Assembly: GCA_951406725.2 (NCBI GenBank)
Contig: OX597820.1
Location: 39,556,001 to 39,620,000 of the forward strand
Length of the DNA: 64,000 bases
Direction of reading: 5' to 3'
Source: Octopus vulgaris
Taxonomy: Eukaryota
Program-made: the position numbers and the translations under genes
Notes under the pieces: generated by a model
Told to the model about the DNA's origin: nothing
The model's database searches: none
Seen by the model: the letters and a program-made list of their open reading frames with translations, nothing else
Shown: one piece after another, positions 25,641 through 38,856 of the stretch
How the letters are laid out: every line of letters starts with the position of its first letter
How positions within the stretch are numbered: position 1 is the first letter of the stretch

Positions 25641-25800
25641 AGAGACCGAGCAATGTACATAAAAGCAGAGATTCAAAAAAGATAACATTCGCATCATCCT
25701 CTTAACAGACGCACACGCATCCACCCATATACTCTCTCTCTCACTCAGCTACTCACACACACGCACACACGTACACACACACGCGCACGCGCACACACCT

Positions 25801-27000
25801 ATGTGAAGGTGGATTCGTTGAACTGAAATTAATGCCTAACATTTCATTAACTAACATTGGTCGTTCAAAATTTTAACTTTTGCTCTATGTAAGATATATA
25901 TTAACTCAACATAGTCTCCATCGCCAGCAATACGTTTGCGCCATTGTCGAACGCAACTTCCGAATTCTGTGAGAATATTCTGGCGTGTAGTATTGTTCCC
26001 ATTTCTTTGCAGCCCCTTTCATGTGGCCTGTGTCATCAAATCGTTGTTCTTGAAGACCGTTTTTCATTAAACCGAACGTGCGGAAGCCGAAGGGTGTCAG
26101 TCAGGTCTGTAGTTTGGAGGGGGAACCATTGATCAACTCAGCTGGCCGAGGACCTTAGTATTTACTCAAAATAAATGTGGTCATGCGTTTTCGTGCTGAA
26201 TGGGGATTGTTTCAGAGTCTTGTCCCTCTTTCTCCTCCCTAATATCTACTTTAAGCGTCTTTTAACATCTCGATATATCGCTCACCGTTCACAGTACAAC
26301 TACGTTCCAGAAAATCAAGGGACATCATGCCCTTGCCATCTCTCAATACAGCTACTATGACTTTCTCTGCCGATCGCTTGTTTTTCTGCACCGATCGTTC
26401 ATATGGAGAAGTTTGATGTCATTCCATGGATATGGGCCTTCCATTATGGATCCTAAAAATATACCCACTTTTCATCCGTAGTCATTAGATAATAAAGGAA
26501 TCTGTCTTCATTAGCTTCAAATGTTTTCAGCAGATCAGAGCAAACTTTTACTCTTCAACTCCTCTACTCTTCTCTCCTTTAAATTGGGTATCAACTATCG
26601 ATATACTCTTTGCACACACTTTCCTATACACAATATTCCACTATCCACGGTTACTAATTTTCATCACAGCATTAAGCGCACTGATTGTAACTCATCTGTC
26701 TACGAGCAACAGTTCGTCTAGCATGGGCAAATCATGTCAGTGGTCGCAGATGATGATCTACCACTGCGTGATCTGGAGTCAATGCTGGCTTCTTCCTTTC
26801 TTCTTTAAAGTTCCTCATCCATCTGTAAACATGGGTATATGAATATAGTGAAGGTGTGAAATATAGCTTGATGACGATTATGCAAACAAACGTTGGCTAT
26901 GTCTCCGAGTTTTATGTAAAGGTTATAGCCTTCACTCAACAGATGAGTGTTTATTTTATATCCATAACTTACCAGTTTTCAGTGTGTAGAGAATAGCTTT
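25801..27000 (-). mobile_element. Decayed mariner transposon (transposase pseudogene)
   Basis: Minus strand reads LMTTDEKWV (26462-26488, the TGDEKW motif), VPPPNYRPD/LTPFGFRTFGLMK (26063-26129, frameshifted YSPDLAPSDFHLF motif) and DSRSRSGRSSSAT (the GRP linker). Confidence 0.85.
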
Positions 27001-27038
27001 CTAACTCAGACTTATAGCATCGTCTGTCTGCATCGTCG

Positions 27039-27076
<38 letters not shown>

Positions 27077-27079
<3 letters not shown>

Positions 27080-27193
27080 CGGGATCACCGTGATCGACCA
27101 GGCTATCAGATGTAGCTACACATCGCTGGTCACAATGCGCTTCGCATTGTTTTAGCCTTCAAATGATGCCACCCCACTGGCTAAGCGAGCAGA

Positions 27194-27196
<3 letters not shown>
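27077..27196. mobile_element. 120-bp structured element embedded in (TA)n; copy 2
   Basis: About 90% identical by eye to 12045-12164, with identical ends. Confidence 0.85.
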
Positions 27197-27248
<52 letters not shown>

Positions 27249-27599
27249 TTGCATATATTACACGAACAAGCACATTAACTGCTACACACAAGCGTTTGCA
27301 CACATACGCACACACACGCGCACACACACATGCACACGCCTGATAGCCACACAGAGACATACATAACTACACAGAACACACATCATTCTATACAACGCAC
27401 GCATTGGTTTTACTTATGTATACACACACGCACAGACGCTCCCATACGCACACACAAGTTCACATAATTTTAAGCTCCCCCACACATACATTCACACGCG
27501 CTCGCTCCCATTCATACATACACACTCATATACACCGTTTTTAAATACACACACGTGTTTGCGCGCCCTAGTTCAGCCAGGCCAACGTTATTGTCTCTC

Positions 27600-27832
27600 C
27601 TTCGCTCAGGCTTTTTTCTTCCAGTCATTTCATGTTAAACCGTTACATTTTTCTCTCATTTTTTCTCTCTATTTTCTCATTCTCTCTACACATTTTTCTC
27701 TCTGTTTTCTCATTCTCTTTTTATTTTTTGCCTCTCATCCCTTTCTGTCGAAGGGTGTACACTTGAAGCGTCAAAGACTTTTCCATTCTTCCCGAGCGTC
27801 AAACTAATATACCTATCGCTGTTCCCTCACCT
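27600..27832 (+). mobile_element. Penelope-like small repeat; copy 2 of the 15184-15375 family
   Basis: CTTTCTGTCGAAGGGTGTACACTTGAAGCGTCAAAGACTTTTCCATTCTTCCCGA matches the reverse complement of 15250-15305. Confidence 0.6.
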
Positions 27833-28478
27833 TGGTGAGAAAGTGCTATTCTTTGTGAGGGCCAACATCGGGCCAGTAACAGCCCAGATCTTAAACTTTT
27901 TGATTACTTTTTATGGGGTAAACTTCAAGCAAAGACCAATGCTTCACCACATACGAATGTCCACATACGAATGTCCACATACGAATGTCAACAGTTTGAA
28001 GACCTGCATCGTGAGTGCGACACGCAAAATCAAAAAGGTTGCGGCAGCTGCAAAAAAAAAAAACTTCGTTCTCGTGTGGAAGTAATAATTGCCCAAAATG
28101 GGCGATAAATATTTTTGTTGTAATAAATATTACGTCAAAATTATATTTGTCTACTACCATTATTATAGTATTTATAACCAGTTTTATTCATCGTAAAAAT
28201 CTGCAAGAACCTATATATATATATATTCTTTTATTTCTTCCTGTCATTGAACTCCTGCCATGCTGGAGTTCTGTATTGAAAAGTTTATACCGATCATTTC
28301 AACCCCACCACTTTATCCAGTGAACAGAAGAAAAGAAAATGGAGAGAAAGAAATTAACAATTACTTATTAATAAATTGGTCATCTTCATTTTTTACAGCC
28401 GTTTCAAATTTTCCAGTCAGGTTCGGGTGTAAATAAATTACCTAAGCGCACACATACATATATACATACATATATATA

Positions 28479-29353
28479 CGAGGTCTGATTAATAAGTATC
28501 CGGACTGTCACTATAGTAGCGAAGCTAATGCACGCAGAATGAAGCCACATGGCACCGATTGACCTTGAACTTTGCTGTGCATGCGCACTAAGTTTGAACA
28601 TTCTAGCTCACTTCCGATGTTTACAGTAGTGCTTGGAAGGAAAGCGTGCAGCAGGTGATCGTCGCATTGACCATGAGAAAGAAAGTTGTCATGGAAGTAG
28701 CTGCTCAGAGGCTTACGCAAACTTGTAGAAAGTGTATGGAGAGGAATGTATGAGCTGCACGCAAGTGTACGAGTGTTTCAGATGATCCCGAAAAATGCCG
28801 ATATTAACGAACGTTCTGGGAGACCTGCAACCACCGGAACTGAGAAAAACATCACAGATTTGCGTGCAGCTCTGAGGAGAAATCGTAGAATCGCCATTCG
28901 TGAGTTACCAGGAGATGTGCACCTTTGTTACAGTTCAGTTCAGTCCATTATCACTTAAGATTTGGGTACGAGGCGCGTGTCTGCCGAGTTTGGACCAAAA
29001 CTGCTTTCAGCTAACCAAAAAGACACTCAGGTATCAGTTGCACAAGATCTCCTTGATTGTGCTGAGAACGATGAAAACCTTTTTGAAAACTTTGCGTAAG
29101 CCTCTGAGCAGGTTTCGCCAAGCTTTTGGCAAAATTTGATGTGGATTCTCTGCTTAACGTTCTCTGTTATAGTCATGCGTCGACCACACGCAACACACGT
29201 TCCTTCCAAGCAGTACTGCAAACAGCGGAAGTGAGCTATAACGTTAAAACTTAGTGCGCATGCACAGCTGAGATTAAGATCAATCGGCTTTACTCTGCGT
29301 GCTTTAGCTACGTTACTATGCCAACAGTTCGGATACTTATTGATCAGACCACA
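28479..29353. mobile_element. mariner-derived element built from two inverted 5' ends
   Basis: TIR CGAGGTCTGATTAATAAGTATCCGGACTGT / ACAGTTCGGATACTTATTGATCAGACCACA with TA flanks. The + strand gives ERSGRPATTGTEKNITDLRAALRRNRRIAIREL; the - strand gives ENVKQRIHIKFCQKLGETCSEAYAK. The inverted match extends over 200 bp. Confidence 0.88.
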
Positions 29354-29355
29354 TA

Positions 29356-29650
29356 TATGTAGTTTATATACAGTTAAAAGAAGAAAAGAAAATGGTGATA
29401 AGGAAGTGAACAATTACTTATTATTAACAAATTGGTCATCTTCGCTTCTTACAGCCGTTCCAATTAATACTCAATATTATGCTCATATTACACAAATACA
29501 GATTTAATGTACAGATTTGTAATTAGATTATTGAGTATGAATTGAAACGGCTTCAAGAAGCGAAGATGACCAATTTTGCTAATAATAAATAATTGCTAAC
29601 TTACTTATCTCCATTTCTTTTTCTTCTTTTAACTGGATATAAACTATATG
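29356..29650. repeat. Imperfect inverted repeat with about 120-bp arms; third direct partial copy at 28315-28430
   Basis: CAGTTAAAAGAAGAAAAGAAAATGG...AATTGGTCATCTTCGCTTCTT..AGCCGTT.CAATT.ATACTCAATA is present in both orientations with a spacer of about 52 bp. Confidence 0.85.
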
Positions 29651-29906
29651 CTTAAGATTTACCATTAAGTTTTGAAGAAATTTCACTCCCCAACAATACT
29701 AGGTATTGAACTAGTATTTCCTTGGATGGAACCATCCCTTGACGAGGTTAACATATACTCTAATTTACATGTATATATATATATATATATATACATGATA
29801 GGGCACAGAAAGTGTGTCAATAGCCAGCTGGAGATGTTCTCCTGGGACTGCAAACTACAGTAGCATCCACCCTTAGTAGTTAGCCATATTTAAATGGCAA
29901 ATATAC

Positions 29907-29997
<91 letters not shown>

Positions 29998-30559
29998 TCA
30001 CACACGAACACACACACACGCGCGCGCACACACACATACGAATAACCATGGTTTCTTTGTTTACGTCTCCCGTAGCTGAACGGTTCAGCAAAAGAGAAAG
30101 AGTAAATATCAGGCTTCAAAATAATAAAAAAAAAATGTACAGGGCTCGATTTGTTCGACTAAATATTTTCGTCGGTGCTCCAGCATGGTCGCAGTCTCAA
30201 TGGCTGAATCAAATAAAAAAAAGATTCTGTTAGTATTTTTCTCATGGGTAATATTTATTTTGATTTCTATTCATTTGAATTTAAAATTATATTTTGTAAA
30301 TAATTGTCTTCCGTCACGGAATCCGACAGGTCTGTAACTGGTTCATTGCATTTTTGATAGCGTGGTGGCTATCAGAAACCTCCTTCATGCATGATGTTGC
30401 ACTGCGTGTTCATGCGATTATTTCTCTGTATGAAATGTGATGGTCCAACCACCATCCCTGAAGTGACAATCCCGTCGCCATTTTGATATATTATATTCAT
30501 AGCTTCGTTATCAAAATATACTTATTTACAGTCAATATAGGAGGTTTAAATTTGAAGGC

Positions 30560-30950
30560 AATTTGGCTACTATTCCCAGCTGGTCGAACAACTTCTTTGA
30601 GATACTTTCTTAGACTTGTGATGTTTGTTTTTGTTCGTAGATCTTTTGAGCTGGTATAGATCTTAGATGGAATTAGTTTAGTATTCCAACTATTATTCAT
30701 ATAAAAATTGTCCTCCTTCAACGCATTCTTGACAGCTCTAACTGGAGTTCTTAGAACTTATCGATTTTTTTCAACTTTCCTTTGAGCAATGGTGTGGTCT
30801 ATGGGTGTAGCAATGTCGATTATAAAACATTCATTTGTGTATTTATCGACAACTACAATATCAGATCTTTTGTGTTTTACGACCTGGTCATTTTGGATGT
30901 TAGACTCACATAATTTATTAGAATTCCTATTTTTTTTGTACCAGCAACCT
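30560..30950 (-). pseudogene. Restriction-like endonuclease domain remnant of an R4/Dong-type LINE
   Basis: NIQNDQVVKHKRSDIVVVDKYTNECFIIDIATPIDHTIAQRKVEK matches the IxTD...RPDIVVxDK...IDxAxP...KxxEK motif. Confidence 0.75.
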
Positions 30951-31319
30951 CGTACATACATACATACATACATACATACATACATACATACATACATACA
31001 TACATACATACATACATACATACACATGTGTATATATGTTACGTTTTAACCTTACAGAAGGAAAGCTTGAGTGTGGGTGCGTGTGCAATGTGTGTGCGTG
31101 TATTTGTGTTTATGTAGTTTATATATACATGTATGTATATATCTGCATTTATATATATGTGCATATCTATATGATTGTGTGTGTGTGTGTATGCACAGAT
31201 ACGTACATGCACGCAAGAAACGGAGACACACATAAATATAAAGGGATGTGTTTATGTATGCATACATACCTTTGTATTTCTATATTCATGTACATATATA
31301 TTTGAGTACCAATATATAT

Positions 31320-31421
<102 letters not shown>

Positions 31422-31854
31422 GTATATATATTGGTACTCAAATATATATATATATTTATATATGTTTGAATATGTATATATTTGTACAGACATTATACAT
31501 ATATACGTGAATGTATATATAAATATCTAGACTCTCTTACACCTACGCGCGCGCACACACTCATATAGATATACATATATGTAAGCATATATAATATTTG
31601 TTGGTTTTTTCCATTGGAAATGGAAGGAGCCATAATTCAAATAAGGACTTCAGTACAGTAATTAGTGGAAGTTATGCAAATGTATTCAATAAATGACTCT
31701 CAGGCAAATAATTATATTATATTCATGATGATTTCTTTAATTTCTAACGAAACTAGTCCTGTGTCACTTACACACATGTAATTTTCTTCAAGTTTTATCT
31801 AAGTTCTTCATAAGAGACTTCAAGCCGGTCACTAACAAAGCGACACATATTTTT

Positions 31855-32520
31855 TTAGTTTAGAAAATTCCTGATGTTTGTAAATATGTGGTTGATTTGC
31901 TGTGTTGGTTGAGATGCTGATGAAAAGGATGAGCGTAGTCGGGCTACCGTAGATTCCATTATAGCGTGTACCACTGGATGTACATCTATCCATTTCGAAT
32001 AGGTATCAATGATCATTAAGAATATCATACCATTAAGAGGACCAAAATAATCAACGTGTAATCTTTGCCACGATTTTTCGGGCCACTTCCAGGGATGTAC
32101 AGATCTTGGCGTATTTTGTCGCTGATATTGTTGACAAACTTCACATCTTCTGCACATCTGTTCGATATCAGCATCCAGATTGGGCCACCAACAGGAACTT
32201 CGAGATATTGCCTTCTTCAGATTTATGCCTGGATGAGCACCATGCAACTCATTAAGCAATTGTTTTCTTAATTTAAATGGTACAATTATATGAGGACCAC
32301 AAACTATGCAACCCTCGTGCAAACTCAGTAAAAACGGTTTTAATTCTAAAGTTGTTTTGGGCGGCCACCCTCTTAAAAGATATTGTTTGACACTGGACAG
32401 TATTTGATCTTTGTCTGTTAGTCGAAGTATATCCTGTCCTCGGATAGATGTATCACTAAAATATTGCATCATGTGTACCAGTTCCACTGGTTGTTCAATT
32501 TTGTGTAACGAAGAAGTCAA
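31855..32520 (-). pseudogene. Gypsy integrase (HHCC zinc finger plus start of the catalytic core), truncated
   Basis: H-x3-HPG...WWPNLDADIEQMCRRCEVCQ...HPWKWPEKSWQRLHVDYFGP...IIDTYSKW. Confidence 0.9.
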
Positions 32521-34248
32521 AGGTAAACGACTCTATACAGTAGGAGTAACATTCTTAGGCCCAGGAACGTAATGCATACTATAACTATAAGCACTTAATA
32601 TCAAAGCCCATATTTGCATTCTTGGTGAACACATTTGCTGAATACCTAGCTCTTATCCAAGTAGTGCAATCAAAGGTTTATTTATGATCAGTATAAATTT
32701 CAAAATGACGGCCCCAAACATATGGATTGAATAGCGTGACACTAAATAAAACTGCAAGTGCTTTTTTGTACAACTGAGAATAGTTCTTTTCAGCTGGTAA
32801 CAGAGTACGTGAGACAAAAGCTAAGGATGAACAGTACTGTCATTCATTCGATGACAAAGAACTGCACCTAGCCCTGATGGAGACGCATTACATTGTAACA
32901 TTAAACTTTTATGTGGGTTATAATGCACAAGTACAGATGAACTAGTAAGTAACTTCTTAGCTGTAGCAAACGCTTTCTGATGTTCGACATTCCACCCTCA
33001 AAGGAATCTTTATGCAATAAGGAATATAAAGGTGTCAGCACTGTTGAAATATCTGGTAATAAACGACGATAATGGGATAAGATCCCTACAAATGATCTTA
33101 ACTCACTATTGTTTTTAGGTTCAAGTACATTTAAAATAGTCTGCACGTTAACACCCCTAATTTGCAAATAATCTTTATTAAGGCGGTGACCAAGATAACA
33201 AACAGAATAGCAAAATAAACTAACATTTGTTCTTCAGTTTTAATTCGCTTTTGTGAAGACGATCGAATATGATTGATAATGTATGAAGATGTTCATCATC
33301 GGAACGCCCGGTGATTAGTAAATCATCTAGGTATGCACAAGCCCATGATACATCTTTAACAGTGTTGTCAATAATACGTTGAGAAATTACTGGGGCTGAA
33401 TTAATTCCAAATGGTAATCTAGTAAATTGAACAACCCGATATGGGTAGCAATAGTAGTGCAAGCACGAGAATTGTCATCAAGTTCAATCTGGGAATATGC
33501 ATGACTGAGATCAATTTTGGTGAACTTTTGGCCTCCCGCCAGAGTTGCGTACAAATCTATTTTAGGTAACGGGTACTTATCTAAAACAGCTGACCGGTTG
33601 ACTGTAATCTTTGCAAATACGCACTGAGCTGTCCATTCAGAGTATTGAGCTGCTTGTATAGAAAATTTAGTTAGCTGATGTGAAATGTCTTCGCTTTGAC
33701 GAACTATAGCACAAGCTCTTTTCCAAGCAAGCTTTAATTCTTCTTCCGAAAGCAATTTAGAACGAGCAGTCTCATCACGTATACCAGAAAGCAAACATTT
33801 CAAAGCCATTTCGTTTTCAAACATTTTTGGAGGAATCAGATTGTATTCACACTCAGGTAAAGCTTGTATTCTGGCAATGAAATCATTGCAATCTTCTTCA
33901 GGCTTCCGATTTAATTTTGTAAAACAGTAACGTGCTGTGTATGCATTTTTAGCAGATCCCCAAAGTTCATTCAGTAAACCAAACACATTAGTTAATGTGG
34001 TAGATTACGTAATTCTCAAGTCGTTGAAGTGTCTTTGCCCTTCCTCCCCGAGAAATTGGCGCAATAACCTTATTTTGTGACATACTGATAAATTAATGGT
34101 TGGTTGTAGTATCGGAAGTAGTTCTAAATAATCCATAAACGAACGTTTCCAGCGATTCCATATTGCGGGGGATGGTTTGTCTGAAGTAGAACTCCTCAGT
34201 TGTGTGGATAAATGCAGCTTAGCACACATGTCTATCTTCGTCACCAGT

Positions 34249-34466
34249 TAATAAGTACCAGTCCTATTCCAGTATTATGTAATTAAGGCCTTAGCCTAAT
34301 GAAAACAGAACACCGAATGCGCTGTAGATAAGACTTGCTTAAAAAACCAGTTTTTGTTACAAAACAATTTACAGCAGGTTTTATAGATAGGAAAAGAACC
34401 AATCAGAATTAACCATCATACATACACATACACGCACACACGCGATAGACTGAATGACACATAACA
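34249..34466 (-). repeat. Putative 5' LTR of the gypsy element
   Basis: Adjacent to the PBS-like motif; the minus strand starts TGTTATGTG and contains TATAAAA. No matching 3' LTR was seen. Confidence 0.35.
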
Positions 34467-34698
34467 CGTGGTCGTAAGTTCAAGTTGTAACTTATATAGA
34501 CACTGCTAGACTGCTGGTGTCATTTTGCTTGTGTCCCCGTATCTTAGGGACTTGGCAAAAGATAACCCATAGAATAACTACCAAGCTTATAAATAAGTAC
34601 TGAGGTCGATTTGTTCGTCTAACCCCTTTCAAAGCGGTTTCACAGCATGATTACAATCCAATAACTGAAACAAGTTAAAAATAAAATATAAAAGACTT

Positions 34699-35100
34699 AG
34701 TGGCTGTGGGGTAAGATGCTTGCTTCCCAACCACATGGTTCCGGGTTCTGTCCCACTGCGTGGCAACTTGGGCAAGTGTATTCTGCCATATCCTCGGGTC
34801 GACTAAAGCCTTGTGAATGAATTTAGTAGACAGAAACTGAAAGAAGCCCGTCGTATACACACACACACACACACACACATATATATGTATATGTGTGTGT
34901 GTGTATTCGTGTCTGTGTTTGTCCCCCACATCATTTGAGAACCGATGTAGGTGTGTTTACGTCCCTGTAATTTTGCCCTTTGGCACAAGAGACCGATAAA
35001 ATAAGTACTAGGCTTACAAAGAATAAGTCCTGGGGGTCAATTTGTTCGACTAAATGCGGTGCTCCAGCATGGCCGCAGTCAAATCACTGAAGTAAAAGAA
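34699..35100 (+). mobile_element. SINE family C (another 3' fragment at about 34510-34680)
   Basis: GTGGCTGTGGGGTAAG...CCAACCACATGGTTCCGGGTTC...GAAAGAAGCCCGTCGTATA-(CA/TG)n...GGTGCTCCAGCATGGCCGCAGTCAAAT. Confidence 0.88.
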
Positions 35101-35540
35101 TATTTGTACATATTCCCGCGTGTGTGTACGTAGTTCGAATGTATGTATGTATGTATGTATGTATGTATGTATGTATGTATGTATGTATGTATGTATGTAT
35201 GTACGTATAGATGTATGTAAGTATGTCTTTGGAACATTTTGCCATCTACCTTGTTCTGTTTCTCAATGACATCAAAATCAATATTGCTGTAGTAGTTTCA
35301 AGGTGGGAACGAATTTCCTCATTTGGGTATCTTTTGTAGAGTTCTTAAATGTTAATAACTAATAAACAACGTACATCACATTTTCTGCCTTTTTCAGGAC
35401 AAAGCTTACATTTTTACACAGTGTTTATAGTTTTGCATTTGTATGCTTGAGATTTTCTGGTCCTAGATACTTATTCTGAGCGAAACTTGTGACGAGAGCC
35501 TACTAATTATTATAATTATGAAAACAACAACAACAACAAT

Positions 35541-35614
<74 letters not shown>

Positions 35615-36609
35615 AGTTTCGTAAGAGGCACGGTTTCCAACCCTCTCGTTTCTTCACTGCAAAATTCACATCTCTCCAGATCTGTTCCATTTATAAATTC
35701 TTTCCTTTCTCTTCATATATTTTCTTTCTCTCTCTTTTTTTTACCCTTTAGGTTTCACCTCCCTTTCTTTTTTCCTTATGTTTCTCCCCTCTCTCTCTCT
35801 CTTTCTCTTTTTCTTCTGCCTTTATATTTCCTCCCCTTCTCTGTCCTTCAATTTATTTCGTCTCTCGTTCTGTCTTAACCTATTAATTTGTGAGTGTCCT
35901 GTTTGTCAGTGATTTTTTTCATCTTGGTTTTCTCTCCTCACGTTTATTTCAGCATACTCTCTCCTTTGATTCCTCTTTCATTTACTCCTACACTCATTCT
36001 TTTTCTTTATCTCTTATTTTCATTTCATTCATTCACATCGTCTTTCTCACCATTCACTATCCCTTATTTCATATTTGGTTTTATATTTCTCTTCTCGTTT
36101 CTTTTATTCGTACGTATGTTCCTACTACCTCTCAATCATCGCATATACTTTTATTCATTCATAATTTGAGATGCTGACCAAAAACTTATGCGGAACAAAA
36201 ATCTGCCATGCACAGATTCTTTTCAAGAAAGAAAGACGAGATCAAATAGCACAAATCAGGAAACCCCCCCTCCCACCCCCCCAAAAAGAACTAAGAAGAA
36301 ACAAAATGAAGCAAAAGAAAACAAACAACTTAACACCAATCACTTTTTGCTCTTCACACTAGAAAGTAAATAAATATATAAATAAATAAATTGAGAAGTT
36401 CTGGTGACTGTCTTAAAACTACACACCATGACAAAGAAAGGCATTATGTACGATAAAATATTATATATGTCTGTCTGTCTGTCTGCATGTGTGTATGTGT
36501 GAATGTATGTATGTATGTATATATGAGTATGTGTGCTTATGTATGTATATATGTGTGTGTGTGTGTCTACGCACATATATATGTACATATCCATATGTAT
36601 GACTGAAAG

Positions 36610-36656
<47 letters not shown>

Positions 36657-36687
36657 ACGTATACGTATGCATAAATGAGAGTATGTA

Positions 36688-36738
<51 letters not shown>

Positions 36739-36760
36739 GCTGTTGTATTTAGGAATATTC

Positions 36761-36791
<31 letters not shown>

Positions 36792-37012
36792 CATATATAT
36801 GTGCATATGCGTATATATAAATGAAAGTATGTATATATATATATAAATGTCTATATATATATATATAATGTGTATATATGTATATATATATAAATATATA
36901 TATATGTATGTGTCTGTATGTACACTCACACATATATTTCATGTTTACCGTTGGCAAATATCTATTGCCCAGCCTGTCACCCCTCTCTCTCCCCCCATAC
37001 ACATTGATATGG

Positions 37013-37166
<154 letters not shown>

Positions 37167-37522
37167 CACATACACATATGAGTTTGTTGCTGTGTATGTA
37201 AATGGAAGAAAATATAATCAGAATGGGAAATATAACAACATATGCACAACTATAATAATTTCCTTTAAAATAGAGGGAAAATATTGAAGTTAATACAGAC
37301 GAGAAAGAGTAGATAGAATATAAAAGAAAGTTTAGGATAGAGAAAAAGGGTTGGGTGGGAGGAAGACAAGTTAGACGTGAAAATAATTTTCTTTTACATA
37401 TAGAAAACCGTTAAGTAAGATTGGAATATAGAGAAACGAAAAAGATATGAATATAATTGAATAGAGAGAGATAGAGAGAGGAGAGTGAGTGAGAGAGAGA
37501 GAAATAGAGTAGCACTTATATG

Positions 37523-37577
<55 letters not shown>

Positions 37578-37842
37578 TCAAAACAAATAGAGAGAATAGG
37601 TAGATTGATCGTGATATAGATGAAATGGGTATACATACATACATACATACATACATACATACATTTATACGGACGTATTAATTTATAAGTGTTTTGAAAT
37701 GCTATTTAGAAGTAACAAACTTTTCTTGAACAAAGAACTCAATACACGAAAATGAGTTAAATATGACGTTACTGCTAAATTTCACTGAAACTGTCTCTCA
37801 GTTGGACTGGAAGAATGGAAATTGGTTGTATATTTAGAAATA

Positions 37843-37988
37843 GGCGCAGACGTGGTAGTGTGGTAAGAAGCTTGCTTCCCAACCACATGCTTCCGGGTTC
37901 AGTCCCACTGCGTGGCACCTTGGGCAAGTGTCTTCTACTATAGCCTTGGGCCAACCAAAGCATTGTGAATGGAATTGGTAGACGGAAA

Positions 37989-38042
<54 letters not shown>

Positions 38043-38078
38043 ATATACACATGTACATATATATATACACTTTATATA

Positions 38079-38128
<50 letters not shown>

Positions 38129-38385
38129 CACACACACACACATAAATACATGGGATAACTATGTGCGTGTGTGTTTGTCTTTGTGTCTGTGTCATCATCT
38201 CTTGACAATTAGTGTTGGTGTATTTACGCCCCAGTAATTTAGCGGTTCGGCAAAAGAGACCGATAGAATAACTACTAGGCTTGGAATTAAGTACTAGGGT
38301 CGATTTGTTCGACTAACATCCTTCAAGGCGGTGGCCCAGCATGGCCGCATCAAATGACTGAAACAAGTAAAGGAATAAATGAGTA
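37843..38385 (+). mobile_element. SINE family C with greatly expanded internal microsatellite
   Basis: Head GGCGCAGACGTGGTAGTGTGGTAAG; internal (CT)n(TA)n at 37989-38150; standard 3' half resumes afterwards. Confidence 0.88.
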
Positions 38386-38397
38386 TAAGAGAAGCTT

Positions 38398-38720
38398 GAA
38401 GGCGCGTGGCTTAGTGGTTAGGGTATTCAGCTGACGGTCGTTAGGTCGTGAGTTCAGTTCCCGGCGGTGCATTGTGTTCTTGAGCAAGACACTTTGTTTC
38501 ATGCTGTTCCAGTCCACTCAGCTGGCTAAAATGAATTGTACCCGTATAGCAAAGGATCAGCTTTGTCAGATTCTGTGCTACGCTGAATCACTTTGAGAAA
38601 TTACGATAAGGACACGCATATCTCTGGAGGGCTCTGCCACTTGCACGTTAATTTCACGAGCAGGCTGTTCCGTTGACTGGATCAACTGGAACGCTCGTCA
38701 TCGTAACCGACGGAGTATCA
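38398..38720 (+). mobile_element. Chimeric SINE: family D head/core with family B tail
   Basis: Head GAAGGCGCGTGGCTTAGTGGTTAG...TTGAGCAAGACACTTT as in 4440-4568; tail CACGTTAATTTCACGAGCAGGCTGTTCCGTTGA...CGTAACCGACGGAGT as in 39140-39220. Confidence 0.82.
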
Positions 38721-38856
38721 GTTCAGTTATAAGAAATGTGGAAGGAAGTAAATAGAAATGGTCAGAGAAAGGTTATATACAATACATGAAGGAAACACAG
38801 TAAGACGAGAGCTTAAAACTGATAAAGTGTTCGTTCATTGGCTACATGATAGAGTG

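Larger units (their letters stand above)
31800..34466 (-). mobile_element. Decayed Ty3/gypsy LTR retrotransposon
   Basis: gag-like ORFs (34005..34244 and part of 33387..33986); RT (DKYPLPKI..LAGGQKFTKIDLSHAY, RLPFGINSAP, AYLDDLLI); RNase H region; integrase (LHGAHPG...CRRCEVC, WQRLHVDYFGP). PBS-like TGGTGACGAAG on the minus strand at 34236-34246. Confidence 0.92.

Noticed and set aside
31600-31850. 3' LTR of the gypsy element
   Set aside because: No match to 34249-34466 and no clear polypurine tract; the element appears 3'-truncated.
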